Shown here one piece after another: positions 9,060 to 19,465 of a DNA stretch of 64,000 bases (positions within the stretch are counted from its first letter, which is position 1; each line of letters opens with the position of its first letter). Under the pieces are notes generated by a model. It was not told the DNA's origin, ran no database searches, and worked only from the letters and a program-made list of their open reading frames with translations. Position numbers and translations under genes: made by a program. The stretch comes from a virus: positions 32,001-96,000 of IMG/VR virus record IMGVR_UViG_3300017917_002795, one strand, 5' to 3'.

Positions 9060-10931
9060 ATGGAAACAAAAAAAGAAATATCATATTTAGGAAAAGATTT
9101 CGGGCAATTCAAGAAAAACTTGATTGATTTTACTAAACAATATTTTCCAGATACATATACTGATTTTAGTGATGCATCTCCTGGCGGAGTGTTTATCGAA
9201 ATGGCTGCGTATGTTGGTGATGTTTTAAGTTTTTATGCAGATACCAATATTCGCGAAACGTTGATGAATCAAGCTTCAGAAACAGGAAATATATTTGATA
9301 TTGCTGCTACATTGGGATATAAAGCAAAAACTGTAACATCAGCACAAACAATGTTAGATGTATTTCATCTTGTTCCTGCTATAGGATCTGGTGTTAATGT
9401 TCGGCCAGATTTTGATTATGCACTTTCTATTAATAGTTTACGGGCACGATCAGGTGGTGTTGTATTTAGATCTACAGATTCATTAGATTTTTCATTTTCA
9501 TCATCTCTAGATCCAACTGAAATTTCTGTGTATGAAGCAGATCCTGCAACAAAAGCGCCAACATATTTTCTTTTAAAGAAACGTGTTAGAGCAGTCTCTG
9601 GTGAAATTCGTACACAATCATTTACCTTTGGATCTCCCGTTGCATATGATAAAGTTTTACTAAATGATACTAATATCGTAGAAATTTTATCAGTAGAAGA
9701 ATCTGATGGTGATAATTGGTATGAAGTTCCATATTTAGCCCAAGATACTATTTTTGAATCAATTCCAAATATCGCAGAAAATGATCCAGAACTTTCTGTG
9801 TTTAGGTCATCATCACCTAGTTTGCTTAAACTACGGAAAACATCAAAACGATTTGTTACTAGGTTACGCAGTGATAATCTTTTAGAAATGCAGTTTGGTT
9901 CTGGGGTATCATTTAACAATGATGAAGAAATTGTTCCAAATCCGGACAATGTTGGAAATGGATTAGCAGGATTTCGGCGAGATATTGATGTTGATATTGA
10001 TCCAGCAAACTTCTTATATACAAGAACATATGGGCAAGCTCCTGCAAATACAACATTAACCGTAACATATGTAGTATCAAATGGATTAGCAGAAAATGTT
10101 GCTGCAAATACTATAACACAATTAGATGTTGTGTCATATTATGATAACATTAATTCTACAACTAATGCAAATATGCTTAATTTTGTAAAATCTTCAGTTG
10201 CTGTTAACAACCCAGAGCCAGCTAATGGCGGAAAATCTGCAGAAAGTATAACAGATATTAAAAATAATGCGATGGCATATTTTGCAACTCAAAATCGTTT
10301 AGTAACCAGAGAAGATTATGTTGTTCGCACATATTCAATGCCAGCTAAATTTGGTTCTGTTGCTAAGGTATATATTGTTCCAGATGATCAAATTTCTCAA
10401 AAAGAAACATTAGATACTCGTATTGCAAATCCATTGGCAATGAATATGTATGTTTTGGGATATGATCAATCAAAACATTTAACTGAATTAAATCAAGCAG
10501 TAAAAGAAAACTTAAAAACATATCTTAGTTATTACAGAATAATGACTGATGCGGTGAATATTAAAGATGCGTTTATTATTAACATTGGCGTTGATTTTGA
10601 AATCACTGTTCTTCCAAACTATAATAGCAATGAAGTTTTATTGAAATGTATATCAGTATTAACAGACTATTTTAATCTCGATCGTTGGCAGATCAATCAA
10701 CCTATTATGAAATCTGATATATCTACTACGATTGCAAATGTTAAAGGAGTTCAAAGTGTTATAGGAGTTAATTTTTTAAATTTATATGATTCTGATTTTG
10801 GATATTCTGGTAATGTTTATGATTTAGATGGTGCAACGCGTAATGGTGTAATTTATCCATCTCTAGATCCTAGTATTTTTGAACTTAAATTTCCTAATAA
10901 TGATATTCGAGGAAGAGTAGTAAGTTATTAA
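9060..10931 (+). CDS. Baseplate wedge protein, gp6/baseplate J-like
   Basis: DF..K..LI..YFPDTYTDF..GDVLSFYAD; FGSG; QNRLVTREDY. Confidence 0.88.
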   Translation: METKKEISYLGKDFGQFKKNLIDFTKQYFPDTYTDFSDASPGGVFIEMAAYVGDVLSFYADTNIRETLMNQASETGNIFDIAATLGYKAKTVTSAQTMLDVFHLVPAIGSGVNVRPDFDYALSINSLRARSGGVVFRSTDSLDFSFSSSLDPTEISVYEADPATKAPTYFLLKKRVRAVSGEIRTQSFTFGSPVAYDKVLLNDTNIVEILSVEESDGDNWYEVPYLAQDTIFESIPNIAENDPELSVFRSSSPSLLKLRKTSKRFVTRLRSDNLLEMQFGSGVSFNNDEEIVPNPDNVGNGLAGFRRDIDVDIDPANFLYTRTYGQAPANTTLTVTYVVSNGLAENVAANTITQLDVVSYYDNINSTTNANMLNFVKSSVAVNNPEPANGGKSAESITDIKNNAMAYFATQNRLVTREDYVVRTYSMPAKFGSVAKVYIVPDDQISQKETLDTRIANPLAMNMYVLGYDQSKHLTELNQAVKENLKTYLSYYRIMTDAVNIKDAFIINIGVDFEITVLPNYNSNEVLLKCISVLTDYFNLDRWQINQPIMKSDISTTIANVKGVQSVIGVNFLNLYDSDFGYSGNVYDLDGATRNGVIYPSLDPSIFELKFPNNDIRGRVVSY

Positions 10932-10966
10932 TCCGCGTATATTTATACTAAAAGGATTAAATAATC

Positions 10967-11539
10967 ATGGGCGTATTATCTAATAATTATGCACAAATTG
11001 TTCCTGGTGCATTAATATCAGCAAGTTATGTGTCTGATATTTACGATGTATTGATGGGTGCAGAATCTGAAAACATAATGTTATCTGGTTCATTAAATGT
11101 AACTGGTAGTATTTATGGAACATTAACAGGAACTGCATCATTTGCTGTTAGTTCTTCTCAAGCAATATCCGCATCATATGTAGAATCATCATCATATTCA
11201 ATTAGTTCATCACATACATTATTTGCAGAAACTGCTTCATACGCTTTTTATGCAGTATCTGCATCATATGAAATTAATTATGAAACTTCTAGTTCATATG
11301 CAGAAACTTCAAGTATTTCATTGAGTTCATTATATTCGGTGACAAGCTCATATGTATCTGGTTCTGAAATATATGTTACATCTGGTTCATTGAATTATAT
11401 TAATGTTTCAGATACATTTATAACACAAGGAACAGTATTAATGTATACAGCATCGTTACCGGAAACAGATCCTGTTGTTAATGGACAGCTATGGAGATCG
11501 GGTAGTTTTCTAATGATTAGTACTGGTTCTGGCGTTTAA
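10967..11539 (+). CDS. Ser-rich fibre/decoration protein (TASF/SASY repeats)
   Basis: SGSLNVTGS..GTASFA..SASY repeats shared with the fibre genes at 47-60 kb. Confidence 0.55.
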   Translation: MGVLSNNYAQIVPGALISASYVSDIYDVLMGAESENIMLSGSLNVTGSIYGTLTGTASFAVSSSQAISASYVESSSYSISSSHTLFAETASYAFYAVSASYEINYETSSSYAETSSISLSSLYSVTSSYVSGSEIYVTSGSLNYINVSDTFITQGTVLMYTASLPETDPVVNGQLWRSGSFLMISTGSGV

Positions 11540-11553
11540 AAAAGGTTAATAAC

Positions 11554-12750
11554 ATGTTTAGAATATTCTATGCAGAACAAGATGCTACGTTATTTGAAGG
11601 TGCAGATTCTGGCAGTATTACTAGTTTTACAAATACTGGTTTAGATGAAATACTCGAAATTGGTAAACGTTTAGGAACAGATGGTTCTACATTATTAAAA
11701 TCTAGATCTGTTATAAAATTCAACATTACCGAAGTTTTATCAGTAGCTGAAAAATATGATGTAGATTTATCTTCATGTAAATTCATGTTACAACTTTATA
11801 CATCTCATGCAAAAAATTTACCAGCAGAATATTCAATTGATGCAAAAATTATCGCACAACCATGGATAAATGGTACAGGGTTTGCATCTTCAAATCCAGT
11901 AATATCTAACGGCGTTAACTGGGCAATGCCAATGGCAGATTGGTCTTTAGATTCACAAACAGGAAATTTATGGATTTCTAGTTCACAGCAAATTCAAGTT
12001 AATAATTCATCGTTACATGTATCTGGTAGTGGTCAGGGTGGTAGTTGGTTGTGGCAATCGGGTAGTGGTATATTTAATATTTCTAACTTCAATCAATCAT
12101 TTTTTACACAACCAGGTTTAGAATCTCAAGAATCATTTTCATATCGACCAACTGATATTAATATGGATGTGACAAATGCTATATTACTTTGGATATCTGG
12201 ATCTGGTGGTAATTCTATTCAAAATAATGGATTTCTTCTTAAATTTTCTGATGTAGATGAAACAAATTCTGCAGTAACTGGATATGTAAATTTCTTTAGT
12301 AGAGAAACACATACTATATATGTTCCTAGATTAACCATGTATTGGGATCAGAGTGAATATTCTTCTTCATTATCTAACATAGATTTAGATTCATTTACTG
12401 TGTTTACAAAAATGAAACCGGAATATAAAGATACTGAAGTAGCGCGTATTCGAATTTATTCTAGAAATAAATATCCCCAAAAATCACCAACTAACTTATT
12501 TCCAACACAAACCGTTAACCGGTTACCAGTAACAACTTATTATTCTGTCATTGATGCAGCTACAGATGAAGTCATAATTCCATATGATGATATTTATACT
12601 AAAGTAAGTTGTGATAATATAAGTAATTTCATTTACATCGATATGAATGGATTTATGCCAGAACGATATTATCGTTTACAGTTTAAAATTGTAGATGGAT
12701 TTACGGAACAATATGTTGATGATGACATTTATTTTAAAGTAGTTAGATAA
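11554..12750 (+). CDS. Virion structural protein (baseplate region)
   Basis: Beta-rich; DATL..NTGLDEILEI..RS.IKF..NNGFLLK..FFSRET..PRL pattern (DNRLRE-like); gene context. Confidence 0.55.
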   Translation: MFRIFYAEQDATLFEGADSGSITSFTNTGLDEILEIGKRLGTDGSTLLKSRSVIKFNITEVLSVAEKYDVDLSSCKFMLQLYTSHAKNLPAEYSIDAKIIAQPWINGTGFASSNPVISNGVNWAMPMADWSLDSQTGNLWISSSQQIQVNNSSLHVSGSGQGGSWLWQSGSGIFNISNFNQSFFTQPGLESQESFSYRPTDINMDVTNAILLWISGSGGNSIQNNGFLLKFSDVDETNSAVTGYVNFFSRETHTIYVPRLTMYWDQSEYSSSLSNIDLDSFTVFTKMKPEYKDTEVARIRIYSRNKYPQKSPTNLFPTQTVNRLPVTTYYSVIDAATDEVIIPYDDIYTKVSCDNISNFIYIDMNGFMPERYYRLQFKIVDGFTEQYVDDDIYFKVVR

Positions 12751-13889
12751 TGGAAAAAGTTGAAAAAGTACGTGAAGCTGAAATAGTACGTGAGTTAGCG
12801 GCGTTCGATTTATCTAAAGATAAAGAAAAAGTTATAATAACTACCGTTGATAGTGTTGTAAAAAATGAATTATTAGATCCAGTTCCACTACGACAACAAG
12901 CAAAATATAAAACTGGCGGGTTAACTGTAACATCTAATAACACAAGTATTATACCTCGAGATGGAGCTGGAAATATAATACTACGAGAAAACGAACAAAA
13001 TAATCCATTACTTATTATTGAACCAGTTGATACTACAATATTATTGGAATCGGTATTAAAAGTTTTAGATACGCGGTTTGAATATTTTAAATTCCCAGTA
13101 TCTACAACAGCAGTCGTCGATCAATCAGCACCAATAACTGAACTTTTAATTGAACCGGAGGTTATAGAATATACGTTTCCTATTTCATACGATTCACAAA
13201 ATCAACCAAATGAATTTTTGAGAATTAATACAACAGATGAAACAACATGGTTTTATAATGATGGAACTACTAGATCTAGCGGATTTAAACAGTTACCGTT
13301 TACCGGTGGTAATCAATCAAAACGAAATGGTTATACATTAACACAAGATGTTATCGATACATTAAAATCTAAGAATAAAACATTAAAATTTACCATTCAA
13401 ACGCAAGTTGCATATAAAACTGATAATTCTACAACACTGATACGATTACAACGTGAAAATGTAAAAGTTTGGAGAATTTGGGAATATCCAGAAATTAATG
13501 CAATTGCACAAACAACTAATCCTGCTCCGGTGTTATCTATGGAGTATGTTTTAAATATAAATGATTTGATAGCTGATGATTTTTATGTTGTAGAAGCAGT
13601 GTCGACTGCTCAAACTAATTTATATGTTGATAGTGCATATTGGACTATAGAAGAAATTGATATTCCTAAAACACGATCATTATCTAATAATGCAGGATAT
13701 GGAGTGTATACTGCTACCGGTGAACAATTACGTATCGTAAAATCATATGTAGATCCAGGACAAAATCCGGAGGTTTTAAAAATTAGTCTTAAGGAACCTA
13801 CTATTGTACAAGTTTTAGATAAAACAACACGTCCGGATCTTGAATCATTTCCCTCTTTTTTGAACCTAGATAGTAATCCTAACGAATAA
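12750..13889 (+). CDS. Hypothetical structural protein
   Basis: 379 aa ORF translationally coupled within the baseplate cluster. Confidence 0.6.
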   Translation: MEKVEKVREAEIVRELAAFDLSKDKEKVIITTVDSVVKNELLDPVPLRQQAKYKTGGLTVTSNNTSIIPRDGAGNIILRENEQNNPLLIIEPVDTTILLESVLKVLDTRFEYFKFPVSTTAVVDQSAPITELLIEPEVIEYTFPISYDSQNQPNEFLRINTTDETTWFYNDGTTRSSGFKQLPFTGGNQSKRNGYTLTQDVIDTLKSKNKTLKFTIQTQVAYKTDNSTTLIRLQRENVKVWRIWEYPEINAIAQTTNPAPVLSMEYVLNINDLIADDFYVVEAVSTAQTNLYVDSAYWTIEEIDIPKTRSLSNNAGYGVYTATGEQLRIVKSYVDPGQNPEVLKISLKEPTIVQVLDKTTRPDLESFPSFLNLDSNPNE

Positions 13890-13900
13890 ATTGATCTATA

Positions 13901-16900
13901 ATGCTAACACAATATAAAAATATCGATCAAATTCTTTTAGCTACTAGTAGTATTTCAGCGGAACGGTTTTCTCGTAGTAAAACTGCATTCTTAAGTTTTG
14001 ATGCTGATGATTCTATTTATTTAAACGCTGATATCACACAACAGCGCGCGGAACAACGCGTTGAATTGCATGTATATAACAATCAAACATGGTTAACGGG
14101 TAATCATAATGTTACGTTGCAATCCAAGATTCCGGAATATCGCGACAATGTATCAAATAAACTTATAAAATTTGATGCACAACCAATAGCTATTGATTTA
14201 TATAAAGAATTTGAAACTTTAAAATTAACAGCTGGAAATTTTCGTATTGCAGTTAATTTTTTTAAGAATCTAATTGGTAATTATGAAAAACAACATTTAC
14301 GAATTGATGAAATTTCACCAGATCGTCGAGAAATTCGTTTACGTGCAATTGATTCAAAAGATCCAGAATTTCTACAACAAATTACAAACTATATTAAAAT
14401 TGTTAAACAGACATCAAGACGTGTTTTTAGAACATATTTGTTGAATTTTAGCAGAAATACATGTATATCATTTATTAATAGTGTTGTTGTTGGTGAATAT
14501 TTGTATGTTAAATTAGAATCAGAACTACCAACTAATATTGATGTAGATTTTAAATGTTGGGTTGTTGAAGAACAAAAAGATTCATATATTGATCTCGTTT
14601 CTATTGTTACAAAAGAAATCCAACGAACTTTTAAATCATTATCAGGACCAAACTGGGATGCGAAAACAGATTCAGCATTATCATCAGAAACAGATTTTAA
14701 AACTTGGACTGAATTATTAGGATCGACAACACAAACATCTCAACAAATTGTAGATACATATTTTTCTGGGAGTTTAAGTGGAATTGAATTAAATATTGAT
14801 TATTCAGATTTTAATAATTTTATTTTTTATAGTTCTGCAGTAGAACGGTTGAAGAATTTTAAGTATAAAATTTCATTGCTTGAATATTATACATCTCAAA
14901 GTTTAATTGTTTCGGAAATTTCTGGTTCTACGGCACAAGCTAATCAACAAGAATATGAATCTTATAAAACTAATTTAGTTAGCGGATTTGATAGTTTCGA
15001 AAAATACTTATACTATCAATCAGCATCATATGTTGAAACTACATATCCTATTGCATCAGAAAAATTTATCGTATCAGATTTAACTGGTAGTTATATAAAA
15101 CCTGCTCCAAAGTCAGGCTCAGCATATCCATATGTATTATATCCGGTTAGTAGTCCGGAATTTACTACATGGTATGATAATTTAATTGATTCTGCATCGC
15201 AATATGATTCATTCAATCTAAATTCATTGGAATATGCACTTCCGGAATATATACGTTTTGATTCTATAAATCAATCAGTAATTACGTTTGTGCGGATGTT
15301 AGGTCAACACTATGACATCATTTACACGTATATTCGTGAAATGTTAAAAATTCAAAAGCGCGAAGAAAATCCTAAATTAGGTATGCCAAATGAATTGTTA
15401 TATTCTGTAGCAAAACAATTTGGATGGACTTTGATTGACGGAAATCAACAACAAGAATTATGGTCATATGCTTTAGGTGTTGATGCAAATGGTGCACCGC
15501 AAACTGGTTCTAATTCAATAAATGGAACCTCGTTACCAGCCAAGGACAGAACGTATAACGTATGGAGACGCATCGTTAATAACTTACCTTATCTACTCAA
15601 ATCAAAAGGGACTAAGCGCAGTATACAAGCATTATTAGCATGCTACGGGATACCACAAAGCATGATATCAATCAACGAATATGGTGGCCCTAGACTTGAA
15701 CGAGCTCCAGTATATGAAAAGTTGAATTTTGATTATGCATTAGATTTAATTAACAATGCCGCTGGTATTGTAACAGTAAATTATACTACTCCGATACGTT
15801 CTGCGGAATTACGTTTACGAACTGTGGATGTTATAAAAAATCCGTTAGTTCCAAACACGCAAAATATCATAACAGTTGGCGGAAACACAGTAACATTAGA
15901 TTTTGTTAGTGGGAATCAAGGTGTATTTAATATCAACGGAAATGCTACTGCGCCAATTGAAATATACAATGATGATTGGGTGACATTGCTTTTACGAAAT
16001 GACGCAACCGATTCGAATTGTGAATTAATAGTTAAAAAATCTAAATATGGTAAAATAGTTGCAGCTGTATCTGCGTCAGATTCAACCCCATTTACTGCAG
16101 GATCAAATGCAGTAGTTTTAGGTGGTACTACGAATGGTTCTAGATTACAAGGACAACTCCAAGAATTACGATTATGGTCATCGAGTTTGCAAGATTCTGC
16201 ATTTAATAATCATGTTAAAGCCCCGGCTGCGTATGATGGAAATGTAGATGCATATTCTGAATTGGTATTTAGATTACCATTAACACAACGCATCGATCAT
16301 GCAGCTACTAGTAGTTTAACTGGTGTACAACCCGTGTCTTCTAGTATTTCTGCATCATTTACCGGTTGGACAAATGCAATACCATATGATTCAATTGAAG
16401 AAACATATTATTATGATGCTATATCATTAGGCGCTGGTACATTTGATGATAATAAAATACGTATAGAATCAAATGAATTGGTTGGCGTATTAGATGTTAA
16501 AACACGAGCAGAACGTAGTCAATTTGATCGAGCTCCATTAGATAATAAAAACTTAGGAGTTTATTTTTCTCCACAAACAATGATTGATGAAGATATCATT
16601 GCACAATTAGGATTCGTTAATTTAGATGAATATATTGGAGATCCTGGAGAAACTAGTGAAACTGAATATCCGGAATTAATTCGTGTTGCTCAAGGATATT
16701 GGAAAAAATATGAAACGCGCAATGATATTAATGCTTATATAAAAATGTTTTCTTTGTTTGATTTATCGTTTTTCAAACAACTAGAACAATTATTGCCAGC
16801 TCGTGTTAATAAAATGACTGGCGTGCTTATTCAGCCTAACATATTAGAACGAAACAAACAAACAATTGTTCCAAAAATACTTCGAGAAGATGTTGCATAT

Positions 16901-17413
16901 TCAACATTAATTCAAAATAATGATGTTTCTGCATCTGGAGATTATTTACATTTACAAGGTCTTGTTGATGGTAAAATACTGCAAATTGAAGGTATAGATG
17001 ATGATCAATGGCAAATGTATTTAACTGCATCACAAGAACAACGATATGGTGGAACAATATATTCACATCAATACTTAATATTATCTGGAAGTGAATATAT
17101 AACTGGTTCAACGCCATATTGGCAAAGTGAAGCCGTATGTCCGACCATAACTAGTAGTATATTATCAGAATTTAAACAAACAAAATTTATAATTCAAGAC
17201 ACAGCTAGTTATCAAGCAGCTCGTGTAACTGATTTTTTTCCAGCAGGAATAGATAATCAACGTTATTCAGGTGTTAAAATGACTAGTCCAGCATTTAATG
17301 TAAATTCAAAACAAACATATGATGGTGGGCCAGTTGTGGAATGGAGATCTGCAAATCCAAATCAATTAATATACCAACGACTCGGCGAACAAGGTAGTTT
17401 CAGAATAACATAA
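13901..17413 (+). CDS. Large baseplate wedge-like protein with a LamG/concanavalin-like domain
   Basis: LLKSKGTKRSIQALLACYGIP (gp7/gpI-type motif); GQLQELRLW LamG-like strand. Confidence 0.6.
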   Translation: MLTQYKNIDQILLATSSISAERFSRSKTAFLSFDADDSIYLNADITQQRAEQRVELHVYNNQTWLTGNHNVTLQSKIPEYRDNVSNKLIKFDAQPIAIDLYKEFETLKLTAGNFRIAVNFFKNLIGNYEKQHLRIDEISPDRREIRLRAIDSKDPEFLQQITNYIKIVKQTSRRVFRTYLLNFSRNTCISFINSVVVGEYLYVKLESELPTNIDVDFKCWVVEEQKDSYIDLVSIVTKEIQRTFKSLSGPNWDAKTDSALSSETDFKTWTELLGSTTQTSQQIVDTYFSGSLSGIELNIDYSDFNNFIFYSSAVERLKNFKYKISLLEYYTSQSLIVSEISGSTAQANQQEYESYKTNLVSGFDSFEKYLYYQSASYVETTYPIASEKFIVSDLTGSYIKPAPKSGSAYPYVLYPVSSPEFTTWYDNLIDSASQYDSFNLNSLEYALPEYIRFDSINQSVITFVRMLGQHYDIIYTYIREMLKIQKREENPKLGMPNELLYSVAKQFGWTLIDGNQQQELWSYALGVDANGAPQTGSNSINGTSLPAKDRTYNVWRRIVNNLPYLLKSKGTKRSIQALLACYGIPQSMISINEYGGPRLERAPVYEKLNFDYALDLINNAAGIVTVNYTTPIRSAELRLRTVDVIKNPLVPNTQNIITVGGNTVTLDFVSGNQGVFNINGNATAPIEIYNDDWVTLLLRNDATDSNCELIVKKSKYGKIVAAVSASDSTPFTAGSNAVVLGGTTNGSRLQGQLQELRLWSSSLQDSAFNNHVKAPAAYDGNVDAYSELVFRLPLTQRIDHAATSSLTGVQPVSSSISASFTGWTNAIPYDSIEETYYYDAISLGAGTFDDNKIRIESNELVGVLDVKTRAERSQFDRAPLDNKNLGVYFSPQTMIDEDIIAQLGFVNLDEYIGDPGETSETEYPELIRVAQGYWKKYETRNDINAYIKMFSLFDLSFFKQLEQLLPARVNKMTGVLIQPNILERNKQTIVPKILREDVAYSTLIQNNDVSASGDYLHLQGLVDGKILQIEGIDDDQWQMYLTASQEQRYGGTIYSHQYLILSGSEYITGSTPYWQSEAVCPTITSSILSEFKQTKFIIQDTASYQAARVTDFFPAGIDNQRYSGVKMTSPAFNVNSKQTYDGGPVVEWRSANPNQLIYQRLGEQGSFRIT

Positions 17414-17456
17414 ATTTCGAAAACGTTATATTTATATAAAAATTTAAAAGGTAAAT

Positions 17457-18107
17457 ATGGGATACTTAGATAATTCAAGTGTAACAATTGATGCGATACT
17501 TACACTAAAAGGTCGTGAATTATTGGCAAAAGGTGGAAATGCATTTCAAATCACTCAATTTGCATTAGGAGATGATGAAATTGATTATTCATTATGGAAT
17601 CCGGATCATCCACTTGGAACAGCATACTATGGTACGATTATTGAAAATATGCCAATAACAGAAGCGATTCCAGATGAAACACAAGCATTAAAATATAAAT
17701 TAATCAGTTTACCGAAACAAACAACTAATATTCCAGTAATTAATGTAGGAAACACTTCAATTACATTAGCAGCTCCAGGAAATAGTTCAATAATTGCACC
17801 AAACACAAGTAATTTTAAAGGCGGTAATGCAACTTTAGGATACACGGCAATATTATCAGATTCTACTGTAGCAGATATCGAAGTAACTAGAGTATTACAA
17901 ACCACAGTTCTTCCTACTACTCCTAGATTTATCGGAGATAATGAAGATGCACAAAGTGTAGCTGTATCTGGTTATGAATTCCGTGTTGTTGCCAAAACAC
18001 ATCTTCTAGAAGACAAACAAGCAACTATTACTATAATAGGTAATGAAACGGGTGGTAGTGTAACAATTACATTAACTGTTAAAAAAGCAACTACAGCAAC
18101 ATTATAA
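17457..18107 (+). CDS. Baseplate/tail-collar-like structural protein
   Basis: AILTLKGRELLA..ITQFALGDDE resembles the N-terminus of tail-collar fibre proteins. Confidence 0.55.
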   Translation: MGYLDNSSVTIDAILTLKGRELLAKGGNAFQITQFALGDDEIDYSLWNPDHPLGTAYYGTIIENMPITEAIPDETQALKYKLISLPKQTTNIPVINVGNTSITLAAPGNSSIIAPNTSNFKGGNATLGYTAILSDSTVADIEVTRVLQTTVLPTTPRFIGDNEDAQSVAVSGYEFRVVAKTHLLEDKQATITIIGNETGGSVTITLTVKKATTATL

Positions 18108-19399
18108 TGGAAAATATTATGATTGATATAACAACATTAAAACAACAACCTAAACAAGGCCAAATGCGAGAAGCTAGAGAAACTAGACAACAAGCAATAA
18201 CAACTGCAAATGTAAATAGTGATATTACACGAGCAGATGCAATTACACAAAACGTACAACAATTAGCTCAACAACTTGCAAATCAAATGATTGCTGAAAT
18301 GCAGCAATCGCAATTAATGGCTAGAAATGGCCGTACTTTTACTAAATTTGATGCTGTAAATGATATTATATCAAATCAAATTGAAGTAGTAACTGGCGGA
18401 GTATGGTCGGATAACGTTGCAAATTTAGAAACATTTTTTACATCATCAGCTCAAACTAATACGCAGAGAAAATATTATGTTGATGTACTTCATAAGAATC
18501 CAGCAGAAACCGGTTCAGCTGTACAATATTCATTAGCATTTGGCCATGCATTAGGCAGCGGTTCTGATTCACAAGGTCAGCTAAATGATTCTCCTAGCAA
18601 GGCAATATATTCACAATATCGACAACTTCTTTTACCTCCAAGTGATACGAGATTTACAACAGCTGGTTCTGGAAGTACTGATTATATTTATGTGATTAAC
18701 TTTAAACGCAATCGATTAAAAGAACGTTTAGATTCAGGAAATTTTGAAATTCCATTGCGTCAATTAGCTAGTGGTCGAGCTTTAAATGCAACTGGAAGTG
18801 TTCCTATTTCTTCGTCAACGAGTGTTATAACACTTATCGATGATTCATCTGCTGCATTACCTAAAATTGGTGAATCTGGAAAAGTTTACAATATCGTATC
18901 TGGATCAATTAATTCAGGTATACATAATCCAACTGCTCCAGTTTATTTTGGATTAGCATATCCAGATTATGGAACTTTGATATTAGATGGAAAAATGTTA
19001 GATCAACATCTTAATTTTCAAACTAACACTGGTTCTAGTTCAGAAGGAAATAATCATTTTGCATTGCACCATTCAATTTCAGCATCAGCACTCATAACTA
19101 ATCCATCAACATCAGATCCATATGGGTTTTTAGCACGTAATTCTGAAAAAGTTACAAGTACACATTATTTTGTGCGTGTTAAAAATGCTGAATATAATTT
19201 TTCAAATAATCCTTCGTATGTAACAGGAAGTGTTGGTCAACTTGCACAATCAACGTTTGTTAATGATCCTAAAACATATATTACTACGGTTGGATTATAT
19301 AATGATAGTCAAGAATTATTAGCAGTATCAAAATTAAGTAAACCATTACTTAAATCATTCCAAAGAGAAGCTCTTATACGAGTTAAGTTGGATTATTAA
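18107..19399 (+). CDS. Baseplate/fibre-attachment structural protein
   Basis: C-terminal YITTVGLYND..ELLAVSKLSKP, paralogous to the end of 19466..21097. Confidence 0.55.
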   Translation: MENIMIDITTLKQQPKQGQMREARETRQQAITTANVNSDITRADAITQNVQQLAQQLANQMIAEMQQSQLMARNGRTFTKFDAVNDIISNQIEVVTGGVWSDNVANLETFFTSSAQTNTQRKYYVDVLHKNPAETGSAVQYSLAFGHALGSGSDSQGQLNDSPSKAIYSQYRQLLLPPSDTRFTTAGSGSTDYIYVINFKRNRLKERLDSGNFEIPLRQLASGRALNATGSVPISSSTSVITLIDDSSAALPKIGESGKVYNIVSGSINSGIHNPTAPVYFGLAYPDYGTLILDGKMLDQHLNFQTNTGSSSEGNNHFALHHSISASALITNPSTSDPYGFLARNSEKVTSTHYFVRVKNAEYNFSNNPSYVTGSVGQLAQSTFVNDPKTYITTVGLYNDSQELLAVSKLSKPLLKSFQREALIRVKLDY

Positions 19400-19422
19400 T
19401 ACAATAAAAATATCTCGAATTT

Positions 19423-19460
19423 GGCCCTGTTATATTTATATTAAATGTAGCAGGGTTTTT
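19423..19460 (+). terminator. 14-bp hairpin with U-tract that embeds the ATATTTATA motif
   Basis: gccctgttatattt-atatt-aaatgtagcagggt followed by tttt. Confidence 0.65.
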
Positions 19461-19465
19461 ACTAT